Virus record (IMG/VR): IMGVR_UViG_3300036790_000811
Coordinates: 12,490 to 76,489 of that record
Length of the DNA stretch: 64,000 nt
Strand: one strand, 5' to 3'
DNA from: a virus
Shown here: piece after piece, positions 50,723-60,020 of the stretch
Layout of the letters: each line of letters opens with the position of its first letter
Numbering within the stretch: position 1 is the stretch's first letter
Notes under the pieces: model-generated
What the model was told of the DNA's origin: nothing
Databases searched by the model: none
Seen by the model: only the letters and a program-made list of their open reading frames with translations
Made by a program: the position numbers and the translations under genes

Positions 50723-51151
50723 GTGGCTGACGTCCCCGCCCACGACCAGAAGGTAACGCACTCTTACTGGATCAGGTTCCCGGAACATCCCGCAAGAGAC
50801 GGTGACCCGAATTACAAAGATTTCGAGACGTACCGCAAGCGCACCAGAGATACGGCAAAGTGCGCTATCGGGAAACACCGGGATGATTTCTCCGACTGTC
50901 AGGGGCGCCTTGAACTCCATCACTCGCATATTGAGTTCTCCCTCCAGAACGGCGTCAATCTCGCCTGGCTGGAGAAGGACTATCCTGGCGTTTCCGACCC
51001 GGATACAGTCGGCGCGTGGATAGAAAGTGCCGAGAACCTTGAATGGCTCTGCGAGCGGCATCACAGAGGTGATCTCGGAGTTCATCTTCTGTCAGCTTCG
51101 GATTATGAGGCTGCGAGATTCGTCAAGGGACTATCCAGGGAGAAGTCATGA
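50723..51151 (+). CDS. HNH-fold-like protein
   Basis: C…C…LELHH…NLEWLCERHH pattern. Confidence 0.6.
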   Translation: MADVPAHDQKVTHSYWIRFPEHPARDGDPNYKDFETYRKRTRDTAKCAIGKHRDDFSDCQGRLELHHSHIEFSLQNGVNLAWLEKDYPGVSDPDTVGAWIESAENLEWLCERHHRGDLGVHLLSASDYEAARFVKGLSREKS

Positions 51152-51306
51152 TCCGTCTTATCGCCATCGTCGCGTTCGCGCTGGGAATCGTCTTCTACGC
51201 CTGGAGTCTCGGACATGGAGCTTTCCAGTGGCCCCTCTTCGCCCTCATCGGGTTCCTCTGCCTCGCCATCGACGGGCCGTGGAACTGGAAGTGGCCGCAT
51301 TCGTAA
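51148..51306 (+). CDS. Small 2-TM membrane protein (52 aa)
   Basis: ATGA overlap; MIRLIAIVAFALGIVFYAW…; not in the ORF track. Confidence 0.7.
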   Translation: MIRLIAIVAFALGIVFYAWSLGHGAFQWPLFALIGFLCLAIDGPWNWKWPHS

Positions 51307-51742
51307 GTTTCTCCGGTCCACCATCGGCACTGCCATCTTTGGTTTTTCGGATGGTTTGGTATCAATTGTCGGCGTCATCATCCTTCTCGCCAGCCAGGCT
51401 CCGCATCTGGTGTTCCCGGCGGCGGCCATGGGAGCGGTATCGGCTGCCTATTCCATGGCATCCGGGGATGCGATGGGGCAAACGCAGACGCACTGGGCGG
51501 CGGTTCCCGTCATGGCGGCCAGTACCTTCGCCGGCACTGTAGCCCCGGCACTGCCCTTCCTGTGGACGTCCGGATGGATGGCCCTGGCTCAGTCCGGGGC
51601 CATCGCCCTGCTCATCGCCCTGCTCGTAGGCTACGCCCGGTCCTGGCGCAAGCACCGCTACATCGAGACCGTGGCCATCATCGGCTTCGGGGTCGCCCTG
51701 ACCGTCGCCTGCAACCTGCTTGTCCCCGGGGGAAGCGCGTGA
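51299..51742 (+). CDS. VIT1/CCC1-like membrane protein; start uncertain (ATT 51299 or ATG 51215)
   Basis: AIFGFSDGLVSIVG…SMASG…PALPF motif; about 5 TM segments. Confidence 0.7.
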   Translation: MRKFLRSTIGTAIFGFSDGLVSIVGVIILLASQAPHLVFPAAAMGAVSAAYSMASGDAMGQTQTHWAAVPVMAASTFAGTVAPALPFLWTSGWMALAQSGAIALLIALLVGYARSWRKHRYIETVAIIGFGVALTVACNLLVPGGSA

Positions 51743-51972
51743 GCCTCCTGCGCGATCTTTATGACGTCGCATGGCTTGCCACCTGGGGCAACAATATGGC
51801 GGCGGTTGAGTGGGCGGTTATCGTGGGGCTTTCCACTATGCTGATGCGCCACAAGATCGGCCGGTATCTCGCCGCATTCTGGGCGAAGCACTATGGAGCG
51901 CACGCAATTGAGCATCACCTTGAGGCGCTCCGTCGCCATGAGGAAGAAAAAGGCAAAGGAGATAGCCAGTGA
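51739..51972 (+). CDS. Small membrane protein
   Basis: GTGA overlaps at both ends; one TM segment. Confidence 0.7.
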   Translation: MSLLRDLYDVAWLATWGNNMAAVEWAVIVGLSTMLMRHKIGRYLAAFWAKHYGAHAIEHHLEALRRHEEEKGKGDSQ

Positions 51973-52742
51973 CCACGACCTGTTACGACGGCATCAACTC
52001 ACTCGTCGCGGGAATTCACCTCAGCTTCCCGGACACCGCCTATGTCGCGGGCTACGTCAACGGCAGCTTCGCCTGGACCACGGCCCAGTGGGACCTGTTC
52101 CCGCACGCTGTCAAGGTCCAGGTCTCGGTGGACTACACGGCCAACGAGGGTGACGTGATCGACTGCGAGGCCGGGGACGCCACTGCCGCTCAGGCGGCCT
52201 CCTGGGTAGAACTGCGCCGCGCCCACGGCTACTACCGTCCCACCGTTTACACGGTCAAGGGCAACATCGGTGCCGTCCGTGCCGCCACCGGGTCCCTGGT
52301 CCTCGGGAGGGACTATGACATCTGGTGCGCCGACTGGACCGGGAGTCCCCATGAGGTCACGTCCGAGCTCGCCGGGGGGGTCACCGCGACCTGTGCCGCG
52401 ACCCAGTACCTGAACACCGCCGGCTACGATGCCTCCGCCGTGTACCTGGCGGGCTGGCCGCTGCGCACCGAGCCGGTAGTCACCCCTCCCGCCCCGGCGT
52501 CCCTGAGCGCTACTCCGTGGCTGCTGATCGACATGGCGTGGTCTGTCGTGGAGGTGAATGGCGCCCCGTCCCCGCACTACCGATACCAGATCGCCCAGGG
52601 CACCCCGGCGAAGGTCGGCACGGTTGTTGTCTCGGAGACGGTGACCGCCGTCCACGCTACGGCGACCGTCGTTCCCGGTACGTATGTCTGGCGTGTTCAG
52701 GGAGCCGGAAACGCCGCTTTCTCCGCATGGAAAGCTGTATAG
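51969..52742 (+). CDS. Endolysin, GH25/muramidase-like, with a C-terminal FN3-like domain
   Basis: DVIDCEAGDA…RPTVYT…WCADWTG…ATQY…YDAS. Confidence 0.75.
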   Translation: MTTTCYDGINSLVAGIHLSFPDTAYVAGYVNGSFAWTTAQWDLFPHAVKVQVSVDYTANEGDVIDCEAGDATAAQAASWVELRRAHGYYRPTVYTVKGNIGAVRAATGSLVLGRDYDIWCADWTGSPHEVTSELAGGVTATCAATQYLNTAGYDASAVYLAGWPLRTEPVVTPPAPASLSATPWLLIDMAWSVVEVNGAPSPHYRYQIAQGTPAKVGTVVVSETVTAVHATATVVPGTYVWRVQGAGNAAFSAWKAV

Positions 52743-52800
52743 CGGGAATCCCCGGCGCGATCTATCATCGAGACGTGATGGAAAACGATAGCCGTTCCGT

Positions 52801-53130
52801 GTGAGCAGCGAGATGGCCGTGAAATCGGTCGTCGCTCTTGCCTGCACCTATGAAGTCGTCGCCATTACTACTGGTCGCGCACCCACCCTGAGCTGGATAT
52901 GCCGCCACCACAGGGCGTTCGAGGCTGTGCTGCTCACAGTCCTCATCCTGCACTTTCACGTACCCCAGGAGATTGAGAAAGCATGGCTTACGAGGGCGTT
53001 ACGCAGACCAAGTTTGGTCGTTCAATGGTGCCAGACCCGATGCACTTCGAGAAGCTGCACTGGCGCCGGGAGCAGCTCAAGGAAATTGAGCACAGCATCC
53101 CGATCCCCGTTCTTGACCAGGAAGACCTGA
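52801..53130 (+). CDS. Small membrane protein; the coding part probably ends near 53000
   Basis: YEVVAITTGRAPTLS motif; the tail after the TTA at 52999 overlaps the next gene. Confidence 0.6.
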   Translation: MSSEMAVKSVVALACTYEVVAITTGRAPTLSWICRHHRAFEAVLLTVLILHFHVPQEIEKAWLTRALRRPSLVVQWCQTRCTSRSCTGAGSSSRKLSTASRSPFLTRKT

Positions 53131-53801
53131 TCAAGCAGGGGATTATCGTCTCCTCCTTCATTCCCAGCGCTCCGGCGAACGTGGACGCTCTCGGCAGCTG
53201 CACGGCGAATGCCACCACGGCAAGTCTTTCCGAGCGTTACGCTTCGGCCGGGAAGGACTTGCCTGCCGGGCTATCTGCCTCGGACGTCAAGGCGAACGAA
53301 GAGTTCGCCATCAAGTTCTATAACGTCTGCACGGACCAGACCGGAGACCCGTCACAGGAATGGCCGCCAACGGACTGCGGGTCAACGGGCCTGTTCTGCT
53401 GTACGGAACTCGAAAAGCAGAAGCTGATTACGAGCTATGAGTCCGGCAGTACGGTGCATGACGCAATCTCCATGCTCCAGGCAGGAACGGTTATCCAAGG
53501 GACGCCCTTTTTTAATTCCTGGATGTCCGTTGACTCCGAGGGTTTCGTGGACGGCGATGGTTCCCCTGACGCTCTCAGGGCGGCAGTTGAGTCCGGAGTC
53601 GCCGGAGGTCACGAGACCTGCCAGTACGCCATTCCGCAACTCGGCCAGACCCTGCTTGGCGGACTGGACCTGAAGAACACCGTTATCAAAGTCAGGAACA
53701 GCTGGTCAGATTCCTGGGGTCTTTCTGGATCCTTCTTGATTCACGCGAGCACTCTCGATTACCTCGCTCAGTTCGTTGATTACAAGTCCTTCGTTCTCTA
53801 G
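52983..53801 (+). CDS. Papain-like (C1) cysteine peptidase in the lysis cassette
   Basis: LDQ…GSCTANA, GGHE, VRNSWSDSWG catalytic motifs. Confidence 0.85.
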   Translation: MAYEGVTQTKFGRSMVPDPMHFEKLHWRREQLKEIEHSIPIPVLDQEDLIKQGIIVSSFIPSAPANVDALGSCTANATTASLSERYASAGKDLPAGLSASDVKANEEFAIKFYNVCTDQTGDPSQEWPPTDCGSTGLFCCTELEKQKLITSYESGSTVHDAISMLQAGTVIQGTPFFNSWMSVDSEGFVDGDGSPDALRAAVESGVAGGHETCQYAIPQLGQTLLGGLDLKNTVIKVRNSWSDSWGLSGSFLIHASTLDYLAQFVDYKSFVL

Positions 53802-53814
53802 AAAGCAGACGCGG

Positions 53815-54174
53815 ATGAAGATCCTCAAGCAGATCCTGTCGTACGAACCTGCCGTGGCCGCATGGTGTATTAGTGGCGGCTTGGCCGCCCTCCTGGCGTT
53901 CGCATTCCATGTAAGTGGTACGCAGGAGGCGGCTATCACGGTCATCTGTGCGGGACTGGCGACGGTCTACACGGCAGTCATGACGCGCCCGGTCGCCGTT
54001 CCTCTTATCGTAGGTTCGCTGGCGACAATCGCCACAGCCTGCGGTGCTTTCGGCTTGCACCTGGGCGCGAACGAAATTGCCACCGGAGCGACAATCCTCT
54101 CGGGGATCCTCGCCCTGATCCTGCGCCAGAACCTTACCCCCTCGGCATCACTGGCATCTAACCCCGCGAAGTAG
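53815..54174 (+). CDS. Holin
   Basis: 4 TM segments; YEP… and RQNLTP motifs typical of actinophage holins. Confidence 0.75.
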   Translation: MKILKQILSYEPAVAAWCISGGLAALLAFAFHVSGTQEAAITVICAGLATVYTAVMTRPVAVPLIVGSLATIATACGAFGLHLGANEIATGATILSGILALILRQNLTPSASLASNPAK

Positions 54175-54239
54175 CGAACGGAGCGGCGGCTGCCCTGCGG
54201 TGACCGTCGCTTCGCCGTACCATCGGTTCGGAGGTACTC

Positions 54240-54605
54240 GTGCTTACCAAGCTCGTGGCTTACGCGATCGTCCTGCTGGAAGTTCACAGGAACCAGCCTT
54301 TGAAGCATGATCCGTGGCCTGCCGCACAGCAGGAAATCTTCACCGCCGCCCGTGCCTGGGCGAGTACCCAGAATCCGCAGGAAGCCGTCTCGGCCTGCTC
54401 CGCCGCCTGCGAACGCCTGAGCGAGGTTCCCGGATCGTCATTCGTCAACTTCTGCGAGAGCGGCCGTGAATTCGCCAACGTCATCGGCTGGTACCTGTCC
54501 CAGATCAAGGGGGACGAGATTAGCCGGTCGGAGATCCTCGCAGAATTGGATCGCCTGGAGCTCGGCTATATCGAGGAGGCCGTTGTCTCCGACATGGAAG
54601 AATAG
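54240..54605 (+). CDS. Hypothetical protein
   Basis: GGAGGT RBS with GTG start. Confidence 0.7.
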   Translation: MLTKLVAYAIVLLEVHRNQPLKHDPWPAAQQEIFTAARAWASTQNPQEAVSACSAACERLSEVPGSSFVNFCESGREFANVIGWYLSQIKGDEISRSEILAELDRLELGYIEEAVVSDMEE

Positions 54606-54609
54606 CGGC

Positions 54610-55164
54610 GTGCTGCTATCTGATCGCGATATCCGAACCGAGATTGAGTCCGGCGACTTCTATGTCGTCCCTTACGAGGCGGGCAACGTCCAGCCCGCGA
54701 GTATCGACCTGCGCCTGGGGAGTTCCTTCCGGGTCTTCGACACCCACAACCACCCTGTCATCGACTCGGCCCTGGCCCAGATGCTCACCCGGGAAGTGGT
54801 CGTCAGCCCGAACCGGCCCTTCGTCCTCAAGCCGGGCGAGTTCGTCCTCGCCACCACGATGGAGAAGATCTGCGTCCCGGACTACCTGGCGGCGAAGATC
54901 GAGGGCCGGAGTTCAACAGGCCGACTGGGGCTTATGGTGCACAGCACGGCCGGCTGGATCGATCCCGGGTTCCACGGGGAGGTCACCCTGGAGCTGTCCA
55001 GCCTGGCTCAGCTCCCGATGCTGCTGCGCCCCGGAATGCCGGTCGCCCAGCTGTGCCTGTTCAGGCTCAGCTCGCCCGCGCAGGTTCCCTATGGTTCTCC
55101 TGAACTCAACTCCCGGTACCAGAACCAGAAAGGCGCCACTCCCGCACGGATCGCGACCAGTTAA
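54610..55164 (+). CDS. dcd: dCTP deaminase
   Basis: MLLSDRDI…QPASIDLRL…EGRSSTGRLGLMVHSTAGWIDPGF…YQNQ. Confidence 0.95.
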   Translation: MLLSDRDIRTEIESGDFYVVPYEAGNVQPASIDLRLGSSFRVFDTHNHPVIDSALAQMLTREVVVSPNRPFVLKPGEFVLATTMEKICVPDYLAAKIEGRSSTGRLGLMVHSTAGWIDPGFHGEVTLELSSLAQLPMLLRPGMPVAQLCLFRLSSPAQVPYGSPELNSRYQNQKGATPARIATS

Positions 55165-55178
55165 AGCTGTCATCGCGA

Positions 55179-55206
55179 GGCCCCCGTTCCGACTGGAACG
55201 GGGGCC
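55179..55206. terminator. Bidirectional terminator where the two transcription arms converge
   Basis: GGCCCCCGTTCC-GACT-GGAACGGGGGCC perfect 12-bp stem. Confidence 0.8.
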
Positions 55207-55218
55207 GGTTTCGCATGT

Positions 55219-55899
55219 CTAGGGTACGGCTGAGCCGGTGGGATCTGCGGGAGCCTGTGTCTGCGCCGGGAACGCGGGCTGCGTTGAGAGAAAGCTCGGG
55301 GTGGAGCTGGGCGTGACGGAGGGCGACACTGACGGGCTCATGCTTACCGGAGGGGGCGAACTGGGAATGAAGGCCTGCGACGGCTCTGCCGTGGCGCTGC
55401 GGCTCGCCGGGGGAACGACCGCCGGGGCCGACGGGGAGGGAGTCGTGGTGGTGCTCGTCCCGAGCGTGTAGCCGTAGTCCCGGGTATTCGTCGTCACGCC
55501 GTGGAGGGTCTTGCCGGAGGCGGCTTCGGTGAGTGTCAGGACCGCGAAGCACCCGATGACGCACAGTCCCGCCGTGAGTGCCCCTCCGGTCCAGATCAGC
55601 GTCCTGCGGTGCTTGCGCGCCTGATGAGAGGGAATGATCCGGGTCGCATCCGGGTCGTGGGCATACAGCCTGCCCGTGGTCTTCTTCAGGCGGGACGCGG
55701 TGAACGTCGCGAAGTTCTCGTACGCGACGACCGCTGAGCCGCTGACGATCGAGCCGACGGCGGTCCCGATAAGGGTTCCGGAGTCCCCGAACAGGGACCC
55801 GATGAACATCGACGTGACGGAAGCCAGGGCGCTGGCCACGAGCGCGAGAGGCTCCAGTTTCTTCCGCTGCTTCTGCCTGGGAGGGGGGGTAATTGTCAC
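55219..55899 (-). CDS. Membrane protein with a Pro/Ser-rich C-terminus; start probably GTG 55899
   Basis: ASALASVT…G..GTLIGTAVGS TM motif. Confidence 0.75.
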   Translation of the reverse strand: MTITPPPRQKQRKKLEPLALVASALASVTSMFIGSLFGDSGTLIGTAVGSIVSGSAVVAYENFATFTASRLKKTTGRLYAHDPDATRIIPSHQARKHRRTLIWTGGALTAGLCVIGCFAVLTLTEAASGKTLHGVTTNTRDYGYTLGTSTTTTPSPSAPAVVPPASRSATAEPSQAFIPSSPPPVSMSPSVSPSVTPSSTPSFLSTQPAFPAQTQAPADPTGSAVP

Positions 55900-55900
55900 G

Positions 55901-55948
55901 TGCTCCCACCGGGGATCGAACCCGGGTGAATCGGCCCGCGCCGGGAGC
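55901..55948 (-). ncRNA. Anticodon-less tRNA-like element (acceptor stem + T arm)
   Basis: GCTCCCG/TGGGAGC-A acceptor; CCGGG-TTCGATC-CCCGG T arm. Confidence 0.6.
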
Positions 55949-56862
55949 ATGAAGGTGCCCCCGGAGCGGCGGGTCGGGCTACTCCGGGGGCGGGGCGTTC
56001 CGGGATCTGGGGAAGGCGGAACGCCCGGCTTGCAAGTTTAACCGCTACCAGCGGCCGGGGCGCGAGTACTTCTCGCCGCAGAGCATGAGACCGCTCTTGC
56101 GCCAGTGCGGAGAGTTGGAGGGCTGCTCACCGCATAGCGCGAGACCGCTCTTAGGCGGAGACGGCATGTCACATTCCGGTCCTACCCCGGCAATCCGAGA
56201 TAGACCCGGCATGATCAGCGAACAGGCGAGGGTGTGGATGCCAGCCCGACTGTCACAGTGCGGGCGGACCGGATTGGCCCTATAGCCCTTGATCATCAAG
56301 TTCAGGATTGTCACTATCATGCTTATCTCCTATCAGTTTGCTGAGGGCACTGTGCCCCTTGGTCTCGGACAGCTCCCAGAGGGCTGCCCGGGTGCCGATC
56401 TCGGCTTCCCGTAGCCAGAAGTCAGTCGTCATTGTCGCCGCTCATGTCATCCTTCCCTGTCATCTCGGTGCCGGAAGCTGCGCGTCTGCTGTCGAACCAG
56501 TCGCACAGATGCCCTTGGATGACGTTCGGGAGTCCCACCCAGTGTCCCGCTTCGTGGATCCACTGGAGCGGGTGGTGCTTCAGGTCAGTCATCATGCGTC
56601 CTTCGTTGATGGCCAGAGCAGGTCAAGCGCCTTCGATGTTCATGTCTCCATGGACCCGCTGACAGGCTCCGGCCCGTGGACCCCGGGGAGTCGAACCTCG
56701 CCGGATCCCTAGACGGGATCCGGGACCATCAGGCCCTCCCGCATCCACGGTGTCGGCTCGTGAAGCAGGGATGCTTCGGCTACCTCGTCCCAGGTTTCCC
56801 CGGGCCAGGGGCACACGCTGTCGTAATCCATCGTATCGCTTCCCATCGGTTTCTTACTGCCG

Positions 56863-56890
56863 ACAGTACCTGCGATACGAGGTTTGTCAA
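56863..56890 (-). promoter_or_regulatory. Sigma70-type promoter
   Basis: TTGACA-16 nt-TACTGT. Confidence 0.55.
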
Positions 56891-56915
56891 CGTTACCGGA
56901 GGGTAGTTCCCGGTT

Positions 56916-57068
56916 GTTACAGCGCCGAGAGAAACCGGCTGAACCCGGTGGCCGCGACGTAGAGTGCGTGACCGATCCCGTCAGCGGCATGAGCGGCCTG
57001 GGCCGGTTCCCTGACGGCCCACCACAGGAGGAACGCAATGAGAAGCCATCCGGCGATCCTGCGGATCA
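56916..57068 (-). CDS. Small membrane protein (MIRRIAGWLLIAFLLWWAVREP…)
   Basis: Hydrophobic, about 50 aa; read manually. Confidence 0.6.
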
Positions 57069-57084
57069 TGTCCGGCTTTCCCGG

Positions 57085-57387
57085 TTAGCGGAGCCGGGCG
57101 AGAAATGCCTTCCAGGCACCCGGAGTGAATTCCAGGACGGTGCGCTCGAAGCCGGTGCCCTCGGTGGTGTCGGCCATGTAGACAACCGGCTCATTGTCCG
57201 ATTTGCGCCATCCTGTGGCGATATCTTGGCAATTTCCGGTCGCGTGACTATATGACGACTTGCGCCATTCGGCGGCTATGTCAACGCAATTGCCGTTGCC
57301 CCAGCTATAGGAACTCTTTCGCCATTCGGATGCGATGTCCAGGCAATTGCCGTTACCCATACTATGGGATGATTTACGCCAGTTCAT
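57085..57387 (-). CDS. DUF397 (BldB/AbaA-OrfD-like) protein with a tandemly repeated N-terminal motif
   Basis: Three full WRKSSxSxxxGNCxDIA units plus a fourth WRKS; ends F…WKAFL. Confidence 0.85.
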   Translation of the reverse strand: MNWRKSSHSMGNGNCLDIASEWRKSSYSWGNGNCVDIAAEWRKSSYSHATGNCQDIATGWRKSDNEPVVYMADTTEGTGFERTVLEFTPGAWKAFLARLR

Positions 57388-57598
57388 GCAGGATTCTTCC
57401 ATTCCATGAAGTCCCAGATCGTCACTTGCTCCGTCAGGAGCCGCTTCAGCTCCCAGTTCATCACGACCTGGCTGGGTCCGTTGGCGAAGCTGTTGCCCGC
57501 GCCGTTGCTCATGCTCTTATCCATGACTCTTATCCTTTCCTATCGGCGTCGCAAGTACCAAGCCCTTGCGCTGGCTTTACTGGTTTTCCGTACAATTG

Positions 57599-57671
57599 TG
57601 GGGGAGACGGGACTCGAACCCGTGACATCTGGGTTATGGGCCCAGCCAGCTACCGACTGCTGCACTCCCCT
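57599..57671 (-). tRNA. tRNA-Met(CAT), initiator-like
   Basis: Cloverleaf; CTGGG-CC CAT AA-CCCAG with three G-C pairs; A1:C72 mismatch; TTCGAGT T loop. Confidence 0.85.
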
Positions 57672-57713
57672 CGGCCCCCTTGCGGGAGTGTTTACTAGCC
57701 TAGCACCCTGAGG

Positions 57714-58163
57714 CTACTTTGCCTTCGGCTTCCGGTATCCCGTCCGAGGTTTCTCTGTCCTCGGGACAGGGCGGTACCTGCGGTACCGCTGCGCCCATTC
57801 CTCGCACGCCTCATAGGCAGCCTCGGGGATCTCCGGTGTCCAGTCCGGGCACTCGGAATCGTCCAGGCGAGCGCGGAGCACCTTGCCGCAGTGACGGCAG
57901 TGCTCCTGATGGAGGCAGTCCCACCGGGGGACGAACTCTCCCCGGTGAGCGTAGGAGGGGTACCATCGGCACCCGGTTCCGGTTCCATAGGGAACTGATA
58001 CCAGCTCCGGCTCGTGCGGACCCCAGTGGTTCTGCTTGCAGGCACTGGGGTCCTTCTTTCCCGGGACCGCCGGGAGCTTCTCGTCGTCGGCGGCACGCTG
58101 CTGGCCCCGGGGTCCCGAGGTTCCCCACTTGTCTTTCCCGTGGCGCTCATACGGGTCAGGCAT
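57714..58163 (-). CDS. Cys/His-rich hypothetical protein
   Basis: Start refined to MPDPYERH; CLHQEHCRHCGK. Confidence 0.7.
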   Translation of the reverse strand: MPDPYERHGKDKWGTSGPRGQQRAADDEKLPAVPGKKDPSACKQNHWGPHEPELVSVPYGTGTGCRWYPSYAHRGEFVPRWDCLHQEHCRHCGKVLRARLDDSECPDWTPEIPEAAYEACEEWAQRYRRYRPVPRTEKPRTGYRKPKAK

Positions 58164-58389
58164 TGCTTTCCCTCTGCTTTTCCGCGTGAGCCGCCCGGCA
58201 TACTTCACACCGGCAGCTCCAGTTCACGTAGGCCGACGCTCCGTGTTCCACACCCTCAGGCAGACCCGCGTCACGGACCCGCAGGCGACGGCGTTCCCGC
58301 TGGCGCCTGACCCGGTCCCGGTTCGCCTGAATGCAAGTGCGGCACCGGCAGCCCTTGTTGTACGAACCCGGCCCGTGACTGCGGATCAC
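58156..58389 (-). CDS. Small protein with two HG..Y…CRC..C zinc-binding repeats
   Basis: Duplicated motif visible in the translation. Confidence 0.75.
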   Translation of the reverse strand: MIRSHGPGSYNKGCRCRTCIQANRDRVRRQRERRRLRVRDAGLPEGVEHGASAYVNWSCRCEVCRAAHAEKQRESNA

Positions 58390-58390
58390 C

Positions 58391-58579
58391 TTAGGCCCGC
58401 TTGATGCCCACGAGGAACGTGCTCCACGACGTGGCGGAGACCGTCAGGACGGCACTCCGGTCCTTGGTGTCGCGGATCGCGACCGAGCCGTCCTTCGACC
58501 CGGTCTCGACGCAGTTGGAGGCGCCCTGGCTGTAGCTGGCCTTGCGCCAGTTGCTCATCTCGTTCATATCTGTCTCCAT
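58391..58579 (-). CDS. DUF397 protein
   Basis: WRKASYSQGASNCVE…VAIRDTKD…W.TFL. Confidence 0.9.
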   Translation of the reverse strand: METDMNEMSNWRKASYSQGASNCVETGSKDGSVAIRDTKDRSAVLTVSATSWSTFLVGIKRA

Positions 58580-58589
58580 CTGATTATCC

Positions 58590-58739
58590 TCACTGAGGCT
58601 TGCCCTCAATGATGGCCATGCGGTCTTTCCAGCCCCCGCCTGCTCCGTGGCAGTCCCGGCAGACGAGAAAGTTCGCCTGCGAGTCGAGTCCGTAGAACCC
58701 TGACCCGTCACAGATCCGGCACTCCTCCCAGAGGATCAA
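58590..58739 (-). CDS. Small CxxCxGxG zinc-finger protein (49 aa)
   Basis: CRICDGSG…CRDCHGAG; TTG overlapping the upstream stop. Confidence 0.65.
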   Translation of the reverse strand: MILWEECRICDGSGFYGLDSQANFLVCRDCHGAGGGWKDRMAIIEGKPQ

Positions 58740-59845
58740 ACGATCTCACGGAACAGGACTTTCGCGCCGCCGGGACTGGAGACGACGACCTTGCCGGTTT
58801 CCAGTCGCGTGACGGCCCAGCCCTGCGGCAGGTGGACATGGCCCCCGTCCTCGTTCTCCACGATGGCCATCGTCTCGTAGACGCCGCGAAACCTGTCTGC
58901 GGCCACTTCCCGGACCTCGTCCAGGTTGGTCCCGTCCCAGATGACCTGCCGGCCCTTTGCCTGGATCGTCGTCACGTCCATGATCATCGCCCCAGGAGCC
59001 CGTCTGCGATACAGCGGGTGCAGTTCACCATGCAGCCGCAAGCCTGACTGTGCTCGGCATGGGCACCATGCTTGCGCCAGTCCGCGCCGATCTTGGCGGC
59101 CGAGACCACGGCGCCGATCACTGTCAGTGCCAGCCGGAGCCGCTGCTCAATTGTCCTTGTCATCAGTTTCTGCCCCCGTGAAGGCGAGCCATTCCTCTCG
59201 GGTCGTGTTCCGCTCCCGCGCGTAACCGAACGGAAGTCGCTCCAGTATACGAAAATGCTCCGTGCCCACGCCATGGAGGGGGCAGGTATCACGCCAGCTC
59301 CGGGGCCATGTCGTGTCCGCCGGGTACCCCGCCAGGTTCGTCGGCTTCACCTCGGGGCAGTCGCACGGTGCTTCCGGCGGGGGCGAGGATGATCCGTCCT
59401 TCGGTGAACAGTCGTTCAATTTCATCACCCTCCTGTTCGGACAGGAACTTATCAGGGACTATCACCATCACGCCATCCAGCCATTCCAGCTGGGCACTGA
59501 CCGTCATTGATACGCTTCCACCTTGTCGTAAATGAACAGCTTCAGCCATTTGATGGCCTCAATATGACCGTCCCCGGCCTCCTGCTCGGTGCAGTACCGG
59601 TTCATGTAGATGTCACCGAAGTCGGTTTCGCCGTCCTCATCCCGGTGGAAGATCATCGTCTCAAAGATGACCGGAGGGGCGATCCCGGTGCTCCCGAGGT
59701 TGTGGTCAATGCCCAGCCAGACGGTGGAAATCAGGAAACCGGGGACCCATGTCTGCTCCACGACCTTGTAGGTCCGATCCCCGGAGAGCCGACCGAATTC
59801 GTCCGCGTCAACGGGATTGCCGTCCCGGTCGTAGTACTCGATCAT
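58736..59845 (-). CDS. Run of five small overlapping hypothetical genes (59845-59504, 59507-59289, 59350-59147, 59163-58984, 58987-58736)
   Basis: Mostly coupled start/stop overlaps; 59504-59845 carries an ISTVWLG.DH…FETMIF motif common in phages. Confidence 0.6.
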
Positions 59846-60020
59846 CTCATCTCCTGTCGGGTGGGCAGGGAGGCCGGGGAAGACCTCCCTGCCCTCATCC
59901 CGCGCTTCCGGGTTGAGACGGGAAGCATCCCCCGCCGGGGGAGCGGGGCGGGACGCCGGGAGAGGGTGCCCCCCTCAGGATCCATCCCTCCCCCGGGATC
60001 TTCAGGCTATCGGTCAACCC

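Noticed and set aside
56070-56155. Direct repeat CTCRCCGCA…GAGACCGCTCTT (two copies, 54-nt period)
   Set aside because: The period is a multiple of three and matches a duplicated peptide (KSGLxLCGE) in a small minus-strand ORF, so it is not treated as a regulatory array.
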